64,000 nucleotides of DNA, from assembly GCF_003018235.1 (NCBI RefSeq), contig NZ_CP027437.1, one strand, 5' to 3'. This DNA comes from Escherichia coli. GTDB taxonomy: Bacteria; Pseudomonadota; Gammaproteobacteria; Enterobacterales; Enterobacteriaceae. Below the pieces are notes generated by a model. It was not told where the DNA came from, ran no database searches, and was given only the letters and a program-made list of their open reading frames with translations. Each line of letters opens with the position of its first letter. Within the stretch, counting starts at the first letter, position 1. Positions 50,709 through 57,602 of this stretch are shown one piece after another. The translations under genes were made by a program, and so were the position numbers.

Positions 50709-50984
50709 TCACTTCTGCGGGTAGTTGCGCCATACTGCTTTACCAATACCAGCTATCCCCATTTGTTTTTCAGTGCGATTAACTGACCTTTTCAGAGCGC
50801 CTAAATCATCCGGCGGCTCCGGTGGCCTCTGTGCCTTCCTGGAACATTCCTGCCGTCGCATTGCCACCTGTGCGCGTTCCTTGTCTGTCTCCACCAGCAT
50901 CATCACTTCACCCCATCGCGCCGCCGCCCTCCTGTAAAATCCTTTCGCCTCGAGTTCCTCCGCTATACGGTCATGTACCATCAT
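50709..50984 (-). CDS. PerC-family transcriptional regulator-like protein
   Basis: 91 aa. The N-terminal ...AEELEAKGFYRRAAARWGEVM... matches the PerC/Pch signature (ELE.KG.WRRAA.RW..V) as I recall it. The start overlaps the stop of the upstream recombinase. Confidence 0.6.
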   Translation of the reverse strand: MMVHDRIAEELEAKGFYRRAAARWGEVMMLVETDKERAQVAMRRQECSRKAQRPPEPPDDLGALKRSVNRTEKQMGIAGIGKAVWRNYPQK

Positions 50985-51994
50985 TCACCACCTCCCGCAG
51001 ATGGCGATAAGCTGGCTTTGCCTCCAAGTGGATTAAACCTTATCGCCTCTGTCAGAAAATCCGGCGCAAAATGCGCGTAAACCATTGTCTGTTGTATGCT
51101 CGCGTGCCCCAGTATCCTTTGCAGTGTGATTATATTCCCCCCGTTCATCATGAAATGTGTCGCGAATGTGTGCCGTAATACGTGGGTGGCCTGGCCTTTT
51201 GGTAAGTCCGGTTTTACTGACTTGATGACCTCCCTGAACTCCAGATAATCCACATCAAACAACTGTCCCTTTTTACCTCTCGTTACAAGTTCCAGAACGT
51301 CATCAGACACCGGAACAGCTCGCGCCCGTCCGTTCTTCGTCTCCGTAAACATTACCTTGTTACTGACTATATTTTCCCGTCGTAGCGTCGATGACTCCCC
51401 ATAACGCGCCCCCGTCGAAAGACACAAAACAGCCAGCGCGAGACAGTCGCCTTTGGCAATATTCAGTAAATGATTAACCTCATCATCACCAAGAAAACTC
51501 ATAGCCTTGTTTGGTGCTTTCAGCTTGCGTAATCCACTCAAAGGGTTTTCACCGTGATACATACCGCATTCGATTAGCCCCCTGAACATTCCTGATATAA
51601 CCGACAAATCACGGTTAACAGTCAACGGACTAAGGCCGCATCCCAGCTTGTCGGCTCTGTATTCCATGAGCATTGCGCGGGTTATGTTGCAGATTCGTGG
51701 ATCCCCCATTTCACGGATAACCTTCATCATGCGCATAAACGATTGTTCGCCGTATTCCTCCGATCTTCCGATAAACTCCATCCATAAGTTAGCCAGATCA
51801 GATAACAGGCGAATATCTGCGGCGCGTGACTCCCAGGGCTTATTATGACAATGAAGCAGTATGTATTTTTCGTAATCACGGGCTTTTGTCTGCGAGGGAA
51901 AAATCTTTCTTATCCGTCGCCCGTAAGCGCCATTTGGCCTTACGTCAACCAGCCAGCGACCATCCTCACACTTCCTTATCGCCATGCTCCACAC
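50981..51994 (-). CDS. Tyrosine recombinase (phage integrase family), second recombinase of the island
   Basis: 337 aa. The catalytic pattern is present: TGARYGE (Arg), HVLRHTFATH (H-x-x-R) and LGHASIQQTMVYAHF (His...Tyr). Confidence 0.8.
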   Translation of the reverse strand: MWSMAIRKCEDGRWLVDVRPNGAYGRRIRKIFPSQTKARDYEKYILLHCHNKPWESRAADIRLLSDLANLWMEFIGRSEEYGEQSFMRMMKVIREMGDPRICNITRAMLMEYRADKLGCGLSPLTVNRDLSVISGMFRGLIECGMYHGENPLSGLRKLKAPNKAMSFLGDDEVNHLLNIAKGDCLALAVLCLSTGARYGESSTLRRENIVSNKVMFTETKNGRARAVPVSDDVLELVTRGKKGQLFDVDYLEFREVIKSVKPDLPKGQATHVLRHTFATHFMMNGGNIITLQRILGHASIQQTMVYAHFAPDFLTEAIRFNPLGGKASLSPSAGGGE

Positions 51995-52226
51995 CCTTAA
52001 CGTTGATGGTTGTTACCTGTTCCGCTTCGGCTATCTCCCGTTCGGTCAGCGTGGCAAAGTTTGCCGCCGCTGTGGTCATGAATGCGCTTATCAGTTCGGG
52101 ATGTGCTTTCGCGTATCCTTCTCCCGTGTTGCGGTCTATCGTTCTGATTGCCACCTTTAAGGCGTGCTCTGTCATGTCTAATGCGCGATATTTTGGCGCT
52201 GCCTTATCTCTGGTTTTTCTGGTCAT
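51966..52226 (-). CDS. Hypothetical protein (86 aa)
   Basis: ORF immediately downstream of the iteron region. Its 3' end overlaps the recombinase start. No family recognised. Confidence 0.45.
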   Translation of the reverse strand: MTRKTRDKAAPKYRALDMTEHALKVAIRTIDRNTGEGYAKAHPELISAFMTTAAANFATLTEREIAEAEQVTTINVKGVEHGDKEV

Positions 52227-52424
52227 TCCTCACCACTCCTCACTTTTACTCCTCACTTTTTGTTATTCCTCGCCTGCTCCTCACCTGTTTTTTTTGCTTC
52301 TGTAATGCGTTGTTTTGCAATGTATTTTTTATTCCTCACTTTTTGACCTATATACAGGTGAGAAAGTGAGGAGTAGCGCTGATTTTTTGTTAAATTACTC
52401 GCTACCCTCACTTTTACTCCTCAC
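52227..52424. repeat. Iteron array / putative replication origin of the island
   Basis: At least 8 direct copies of (T/C)CCTCAC(TTTT), starting at 52227, 52237, 52250, 52267 (variant), 52278, 52333, 52405 (variant) and 52418. One inverted copy (GTGAGGA) lies at 52366. They flank an AT-rich core and fill the whole intergenic gap after the helicase gene. Confidence 0.7.
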
Positions 52425-52427
52425 TTT

Positions 52428-53828
52428 TTACAGTGGGTGCACATCATCGCCATCAATAGCGATTACGCCGTCACCTTCCAGCTTGTACAGCCAGCGCCGG
52501 AAATTTTTCATCTCATACCCCAGCTTTTTCATATCGTCGCGGAGAAGGGCGATAGTGCACGCCTCCCCGTGTGCTGTCCTCGTTCTGATGCACTGCCATA
52601 GCGCGGCGTGATTCTCCGTCTTGTTTCCGGCCTCCTCGATGCGCTCCAGTTCAACGGGTGGGCGCGGTTTATCCACAACCACCAGCGACGTGATTAACTC
52701 CCCGTCAGCGTCGGTAAAAAGCTCCACCACACGTAAATCGTATGCGGCCTCTTTCAGTTCCTCCGCGTCCTTCATTTTGGTGCAGGAGATAACCAGGGCT
52801 TCACAGTCCGCACCTTCACGGCGAATACGGTATTCAGCGTCCAGAGATGCACGAAATGCACTGGAACCACGCGCCCCTTTCGTCTCATCCTTGCCGGAAT
52901 GGTGAACCACCAGCACCGTGGCCCCTGTGCGTCGTTTCAGTTCGTCACATCCACGGATAAACGCCCCCATGTCACGGGAATCATTTTCATCATTGCCGCC
53001 AAAGCAACGCGCCAGCGTATCCAGAATAATCATGCGTACAGGTTTACCCGTTTCCCGCTCCACCTGGCTGGCTGCGATAACCATTTCATCAACATCAAGC
53101 GGGGCCGCCGGAAAAATGGGACGGTTTACCAGATACAGATTTTTCACCTGCTCACCGTGCACAACCTCCCAGGCTTTTACACGACGTGGAACGCCGATAC
53201 CGCCTTCACCAACCACATAGAGAACCGCACCATGTGCAACCCTGCGGCCTCCCCAGTAGCGACCTGTGGAAACGTGACACGCCCACGATCCGGCAAGGAA
53301 TGATTTATAGGAACCGCTCGCCCCGTATATGCTGCATAGCGATACCGCCGGAATAATTCCCTTAACCACGTAATCAAGTTGCGTGTCGTATCCGGCAGAA
53401 CCAATGCTCATCGGTAGTTTGGTTTTCCGCTGGTGGCTTTTTTCTTCCTCCTGCGCTTTACCGCGCTCCCGTTCCAGATATTCGCGCCAGTTCTCCCGCT
53501 TCTGGCTGTGCATCCCATCTGGGTAATAATTCGCATCCCGTACACCTGCTGCCGCCAGCTTTTGCGCTATGGCATTAATGCTCGATGGCTTGATATGGCC
53601 TGCCCTGTACAGACGGACGCAATAGCGGCCCTCGTCGATGATTCTCAGGTCTGGCAGTTCAGCCAGTTGATCATCAGCCAGCACAACGGGAGGCACATTA
53701 TCGCCAGCAAGTCGCCCGTCCTGCTCCTGCCACTGCTTCGCGTGTGCCCAGGCATCACTACCCGCAAAAATAATGACTTCTGTCATTTTGTCGTAAGGCT
53801 GTTTTCTTAAGTTCGGTGCGCTCTTCAT
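52428..53828 (-). CDS. Replication protein, RepA/DnaB-like (AAA_25-type RecA-fold) helicase with extra N- and C-terminal domains
   Basis: 466 aa with a P-loop-like YGASGSYKSF, Walker B VRMIILDTLARCF and a VLVVHHSGKD motif typical of RepA-like helicases. It is adjacent to the iterons. Confidence 0.65.
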   Translation of the reverse strand: MKSAPNLRKQPYDKMTEVIIFAGSDAWAHAKQWQEQDGRLAGDNVPPVVLADDQLAELPDLRIIDEGRYCVRLYRAGHIKPSSINAIAQKLAAAGVRDANYYPDGMHSQKRENWREYLERERGKAQEEEKSHQRKTKLPMSIGSAGYDTQLDYVVKGIIPAVSLCSIYGASGSYKSFLAGSWACHVSTGRYWGGRRVAHGAVLYVVGEGGIGVPRRVKAWEVVHGEQVKNLYLVNRPIFPAAPLDVDEMVIAASQVERETGKPVRMIILDTLARCFGGNDENDSRDMGAFIRGCDELKRRTGATVLVVHHSGKDETKGARGSSAFRASLDAEYRIRREGADCEALVISCTKMKDAEELKEAAYDLRVVELFTDADGELITSLVVVDKPRPPVELERIEEAGNKTENHAALWQCIRTRTAHGEACTIALLRDDMKKLGYEMKNFRRWLYKLEGDGVIAIDGDDVHPL

Positions 53829-54121
53829 TTGCCTTTTCTCCCTCTGGCTATCTGGTTGCGTAACTCCGCTATGTGCTGTGCTATCGTTCCTGAATCATCA
53901 CAGCAATATTTCTTTTCCTTCAGAGGCGTAAAATCCTTCTCAAATTGCAACCGGAACATCACATTCTCAAATAAATATCCAGAACGTATAAAAGTAATAA
54001 ATGTGCTGTTAACTCTCGTCACTGTCACATAATTACCGTCACCATCCAGATAAATATCACCTTTAATAATTTCAGGGCGAGGAAGGCCGCTGGCAGTTGC
54101 GCCAGTATTTTTCTTTTTCAT
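53825..54121 (-). CDS. Hypothetical protein (98 aa)
   Basis: ORF with an ATGA overlap to the helicase start. No family recognised. Confidence 0.5.
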   Translation of the reverse strand: MKKKNTGATASGLPRPEIIKGDIYLDGDGNYVTVTRVNSTFITFIRSGYLFENVMFRLQFEKDFTPLKEKKYCCDDSGTIAQHIAELRNQIARGRKGK

Positions 54122-54137
54122 GGTATTTACCTTTCTG

Positions 54138-54419
54138 TTATTCGTCGTTCTGAATAAAACGTTGTTCTCTTATTTCAGAAAGTATCCTGTAAACATTCTT
54201 ATCACTTACCACTTGATGATAATCATCATCCTCAATAAAACACATCAGCGCCTTATTACGGATATATATTTCTCTGGAAAGAAACTGTATCGCCGCGACT
54301 GCCCTTTCTTCTGTAATTCCGTTCATTGACTCACGTTCAATAATAATATTAAGTGCGGCGGATGCGTCTTCCAGTTCAATAAGGTAAGCAGCGAGGTTAT
54401 TTTTTATTCCATTAGACAT
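54138..54419 (-). CDS. Hypothetical protein (93 aa)
   Basis: ORF in the operon between the icd-like gene and the 98-aa ORF. No family recognised. Confidence 0.5.
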   Translation of the reverse strand: MSNGIKNNLAAYLIELEDASAALNIIIERESMNGITEERAVAAIQFLSREIYIRNKALMCFIEDDDYHQVVSDKNVYRILSEIREQRFIQNDE

Positions 54420-54615
54420 GGCTCACCCCCTGACAGATTTTTGCAGCGAATACAGCAACACAACCGGACGGGCAAAGGTTACGCGCTTCGCGTTCCGTCC
54501 AGGCGGTTACGTGGATGATTTGATGGTCTGACGCGCCAAAGGCAATAAAGCGCCAGGTGAATTTATTCAGGTTGTGCGAGTCCCGCCCTTGCGGGTGTGT
54601 GATATGATTTAACAT
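54412..54615 (-). CDS. Icd-like (P4-type host cell division inhibitor-like) small protein, 67 aa
   Basis: MLNHITHPQGRDSHNLNKFTWRFIAFGASDHQIIHVTAWTEREARNLCP... resembles Icd-like proteins of P4-family elements. An SD (GAGG) lies 6 nt before the ATG at 54615. The 353-aa ORF in the track is an upstream read-through of this frame. Confidence 0.6.
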   Translation of the reverse strand: MLNHITHPQGRDSHNLNKFTWRFIAFGASDHQIIHVTAWTEREARNLCPSGCVAVFAAKICQGVSHV

Positions 54616-54712
54616 AGCTACCTCGATACTATTGCTATCGTTGGTGGTTAGAAGCCTGTGGGTGTTAGCGGCACCTACGGGCTTCGCAGTTTCTGAACCT
54701 TGAACACTCAAG

Positions 54713-54794
54713 GTGTAAGACACAACATAAAACAACAGTGTCTTACACGTCAACCCTTTAAAATAGTTTTTTTTCGTGTATATTGTCTTACACC
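54713..54794. promoter_or_regulatory. Divergent promoter/operator region with three GTGTCTTACAC operators
   Basis: The sites are GTGTAAGACAC (54713-54723, inverted), GTGTCTTACAC (54738-54748) and TGTCTTACAC (54785-54794). The leftward promoter TTGACG-18-TATGTT has one operator in its spacer and one at about +1. The rightward promoter has TATATT (54779-54784) abutting the third operator. Confidence 0.55.
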
Positions 54795-54814
54795 AAAAAC
54801 ATGAGGGGTTAGAC

Positions 54815-55000
54815 ATGGCAACAGGTCCAAAGAATGCAAAATCACAATCTGTAACTGCACGTATTGCCCATGAAATTATTGAAGGCATGGAAAACGTGAA
54901 AGAAGATGGCGAAAGTACAGGGCAGTTTATAAGCGCAGCCATGCGTGGCGAGATCAAACGCCGCCAACGGAAAAAAACCAAAGAATCAGATAAGGAATAA
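54815..55000 (+). CDS. Small ribbon-helix-helix-like protein (61 aa), candidate island repressor
   Basis: An SD (GAGGGG) lies 6 nt before the ATG at 54815. SQSVTARIAHEIIEGMENVKEDGESTGQFISAAMRGEI fits an Arc/CopG-type strand-helix-helix fold, followed by a basic tail. It is one of only two rightward ORFs I call in the island (with the 47-aa ORF downstream). Confidence 0.5.
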   Translation: MATGPKNAKSQSVTARIAHEIIEGMENVKEDGESTGQFISAAMRGEIKRRQRKKTKESDKE

Positions 55001-55003
55001 CTT

Positions 55004-55147
55004 ATGCAGCAAGTACTATACTGGCTTGGCTCTTTGTTTTTATTTGCTTTCCTCCTGGGAAATTGCATCAGCAATGAACACGTCAGTAATGAGCGTGTAT
55101 GCAGGAGTGATGAAAAAAAGATTCCACGCCTCATATACAATGATTGA
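55004..55147 (+). CDS. Possible 47-aa hydrophobic peptide
   Basis: ATG 4 nt after the preceding stop. The sequence is MQQVLYWLGSLFLFAFLLGNCISNEHVSNERVCRSDEKKIPRLIYND, with one TM or signal-like segment. It is too short for the ORF track. Confidence 0.3.
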   Translation: MQQVLYWLGSLFLFAFLLGNCISNEHVSNERVCRSDEKKIPRLIYND

Positions 55148-55298
55148 TTAGCTCGTGCAGCACTAAAGCAACGCAAGGCCAAAGAGCAGGAATAGCCCAC
55201 CAGCAAGCCAGCGCACTGATCACATTGCCCACCAGCCGCAAATGTGGCATTGTTGGCTATGCTCATGCGTTGGGGATAACGTGTAGCTTGTGTCGAGG

Positions 55299-55326
55299 GG
55301 CCACCGTAGCGGGTGGCCTTTGTTTT
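55299..55326 (+). terminator. Rho-independent terminator of the rightward RHH operon
   Basis: GGCCACC-GTAGCG-GGTGGCC followed by TTTGTTTT. Confidence 0.6.
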
Positions 55327-55422
55327 GCCTGTTATCCGGCAATTGTGGCGCTTCGCCACACGGTTGATATAATTCCCCTGCACTGATCCATTTTTTTCGC
55401 AGCAGGTTAATTGTTCGCAAGG

Positions 55423-55447
55423 GCGCTCCGGCAACGGGGCGCTTTTT
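55423..55447 (+). terminator. Rho-independent terminator (plus strand), convergent with alpA
   Basis: GCGCTCCG-GCAA-CGGGGCGC followed by TTTTT. No T-run follows it on the minus strand. Confidence 0.55.
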
Positions 55448-55477
55448 GTTATGTTCATCGCGTTACGCCTCACACCA

Positions 55478-55684
55478 TTACGCAGCCGTTCCGCGCGCTT
55501 CTTCCTCGCGCTCTTTCAGCCAGGCCAGCACTTCATCTTCATACCAGCCAACACGACGCAGACCGATTTTGAAGCCTTTCGGGAATTTTCCGGCGTTGAT
55601 CATGTCCTGTAGCGAACTGTCCGCCTTGATGCGAAGAATATTTTTTACTTCCTGACGGGTGAGTATTTTTCTGATTACTTCCAT
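55478..55684 (-). CDS. alpA: AlpA-family (MerR-like HTH_17) transcriptional regulator / excisionase-like protein
   Basis: 68 aa. ILTRQEVKNILRIKADSSLQDMINAGKFPKGFKIGLRRVGWYEDEVLAWL is the typical AlpA/Xis HTH pattern. Confidence 0.8.
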   Translation of the reverse strand: MEVIRKILTRQEVKNILRIKADSSLQDMINAGKFPKGFKIGLRRVGWYEDEVLAWLKEREEEARGTAA

Positions 55685-55815
55685 CGTGTTTTACCTCATT
55701 AATCCGGCGTGTTCCGGTGATAAATACGGTAAAACAGGGAAGGGCGGGAAAAACAGTACCTACCGTTTTAAAACGGTACCCACTGTTTTTTATCTCGTTG
55801 ATTGTGCTTCTTTTT

Positions 55816-55846
55816 GCAAAAAATAGCGACCGCAAGGGGCCGCTAT
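55816..55846 (-). terminator. Rho-independent terminator after the 77-aa ORF
   Basis: The minus strand reads ATAGCGGCC-CCTTGC-GGTCGCTAT followed by TTTTTTG, 6 nt after the stop. Confidence 0.65.
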
Positions 55847-55851
55847 TGTGA

Positions 55852-56085
55852 TTACCGTCTCCACTTCTTAGGTCGCCCACCGCATTTAAGGCTGGTGGGC
55901 CTCAGCACCTTGTCGATGCTTTCAGCCAGATTTTTCGATACGCCACGTGAGCGCAAAAAACTGACTACCTCGTGTTTTGTGGGGGCTGTTGATTTGTCTT
56001 CCGGATCGTACGTTGACCAGAATTCACGGCTTACCAGTACAGCCAGTTCAAGCCCGTCACAAGTGCCATTGATGTTTGTTTGCAT
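55852..56085 (-). CDS. Hypothetical protein (77 aa), possible HTH and basic C-terminal tail
   Basis: ORF between int and alpA with its own terminator. The HEVVSFLRSRGVSKNLAESI segment is HTH-like, and the C-terminus is GGRPKKWRR. Confidence 0.5.
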   Translation of the reverse strand: MQTNINGTCDGLELAVLVSREFWSTYDPEDKSTAPTKHEVVSFLRSRGVSKNLAESIDKVLRPTSLKCGGRPKKWRR

Positions 56086-56189
56086 GTTGATGCTCTCTTC
56101 ATGTTTGGCGGCCTTTGGGGGTAACGAGATAATGCAACTATACGACGGTTTTACATGGTTTTCATCGTTTTTGCTGGTTTTGTGTACAG

Positions 56190-57431
56190 TTATACCGCAC
56201 GGATACCCCTTTTACCACCAGCAAGGGTAACGCCCGTTGCCGCTGCCTCAACAAATTCCCCCCACCAGCGCATCAGCACAATGCGTTTTTCCAGGTAGTT
56301 ACTGCGGTTGTAGGCTCTCCTTACTTCGTTGGTGTCCACGTGGGCCAGTGCGGCCTCGATTACGTCCGGCTCGAATCCTTCCTCGTTTGCTGCTGTGCTG
56401 AATATGGCGCGTAATCCATGAGACACCAGCACGCCAGCGAACCCCATGCGCCGTAATGCTGCGTTGGCGGTCTGGCTGTTCATCGGCTGGCGTGGGTCTT
56501 TCAGGCTCGGGAAAACATGCTCGCGGTGGTGGCTGATTGGTTTCATGGCCTCCAGCACTGCCATAGCCTGACCGCAAAGCGGGATAACGTGATCACGTCG
56601 CATCTTCATACGTCCGGCTGGTATCGTCCATTGTTGCTCGTCCAGGTCGATTTCTTCCCAGCGTGCTGACGATGCCTCAACAGGACGGGTTACGGTAAGT
56701 AGCTGCCACTCAATCAGTAGTCTTGTCTGCCGTTCTGTTGCCGATACGGATAAAGCCCGCATAAGCTCCGGTAGCTGCTCGGGGCGGATTGTTGGCATAT
56801 GTTTTTTTACTGGGGTGGGGAAGGCCTTGCGCACGTTTGTAGCCGGATTGGTATCAATCATCCCGCTGTTGGCGGCGTAATCCATAACTTCATTGATGCG
56901 CTGTAAAACCCGCTTGAGCGTTTCCAGGTTGCCGCGTTCCTTGATGGGGGTGAGTATCTCCACGAACCTGCGGGCGGTGAGGGTGTCTACTGGCGTGTCA
57001 CCGATGAACGGGAATACATATTTCTCCAGCGATCTCCATATGTCTTTAATTGTGTTGGGTGCAAGATTCTGGCTGATTTTCACCTGGTACCATGCCGCTG
57101 CTACATTTTCGAACGTGTTGCCCTGTCTCCGTTCCTCTGCTTCGCGTTTTCGTCGCTCGTGTTCCTGTGGGTCGGTGCCGGAAGAAATTAACGTCCTGTA
57201 CTCGCTACGGCGTTTTCTGGCATCAGCCAAGGAAACATCATCAAGCGATCCAAAACTCAGCAATATTCTTTTTTTGTCCAATGGGCGGTAGTAGGAAAAT
57301 CGCCAGAGTTTTGATCCAGACGGTTTGACCAGGAGAAAAAGCCCTCCGCCGTCCTGTAGGGTGTACTCCTTTTCCGCTGGTCTGGCTGCTTTGATCTGCA
57401 CTGTGGTTAATGGGGTTGTTTTTCTCGCCAT
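56190..57431 (-). CDS. int: P4-type tyrosine integrase (DUF4102 N-terminal arm-binding domain)
   Basis: The N-terminus MARKTTPLTTVQIKAARPAEKEYTLQDGGGLFLLVKPSGSKLWRFSYY is the classic P4-integrase-family start. The catalytic region is ...HGLRAIFSTAANE...AALAHVDTNEVRRAYNRSNY. The ORF extends to 57449. Confidence 0.9.
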   Translation of the reverse strand: MARKTTPLTTVQIKAARPAEKEYTLQDGGGLFLLVKPSGSKLWRFSYYRPLDKKRILLSFGSLDDVSLADARKRRSEYRTLISSGTDPQEHERRKREAEERRQGNTFENVAAAWYQVKISQNLAPNTIKDIWRSLEKYVFPFIGDTPVDTLTARRFVEILTPIKERGNLETLKRVLQRINEVMDYAANSGMIDTNPATNVRKAFPTPVKKHMPTIRPEQLPELMRALSVSATERQTRLLIEWQLLTVTRPVEASSARWEEIDLDEQQWTIPAGRMKMRRDHVIPLCGQAMAVLEAMKPISHHREHVFPSLKDPRQPMNSQTANAALRRMGFAGVLVSHGLRAIFSTAANEEGFEPDVIEAALAHVDTNEVRRAYNRSNYLEKRIVLMRWWGEFVEAAATGVTLAGGKRGIRAV

Positions 57432-57464
57432 ATGTCTATGATTCCACACGAAAAAATGGGGTTT

Positions 57465-57519
57465 TAGTTATACGGCTTTAGTTATACGTCAGCCCGTATA
57501 ACTAAACGTATAACTAAAA
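57465..57519. repeat. Right-end cluster of four CGTATAAC units (two inverted, two direct), including the 26-bp copy of the left-end repeat
   Basis: TAGTTATACG occurs at 57465 and 57479. CCGTATAACTAAACGTATAACTAAAA lies at 57494-57519. Confidence 0.7.
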
Positions 57520-57570
57520 AATCCGGCTGATAGCTTATAAATCCGGTGATGTCCGGTGACTAAAAACCAT

Positions 57571-57602
57571 AAAAAAACCCGCCAATCAAGTGATTAGCGG
57601 GC
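57571..57602 (-). terminator. Rho-independent terminator downstream of proL
   Basis: The minus strand reads GCCCGC-TAATCACTTGATTG-GCGGG followed by TTTTTTT, 48 nt after the tRNA 3' end. Confidence 0.6.

Noticed and set aside
54616-55473. Upstream 286 codons of the 353-aa minus-strand ORF (54412..55473) in the island
   Set aside because: Only the last 67 aa (from the ATG at 54615, which has its own SD and promoter) look like a real Icd-like protein. The upstream part is Cys/Ser/Leu-rich and low in complexity. It runs across the operator/promoter switch, across two plus-strand ORFs and across two plus-strand terminators. I treat it as a chance open frame.
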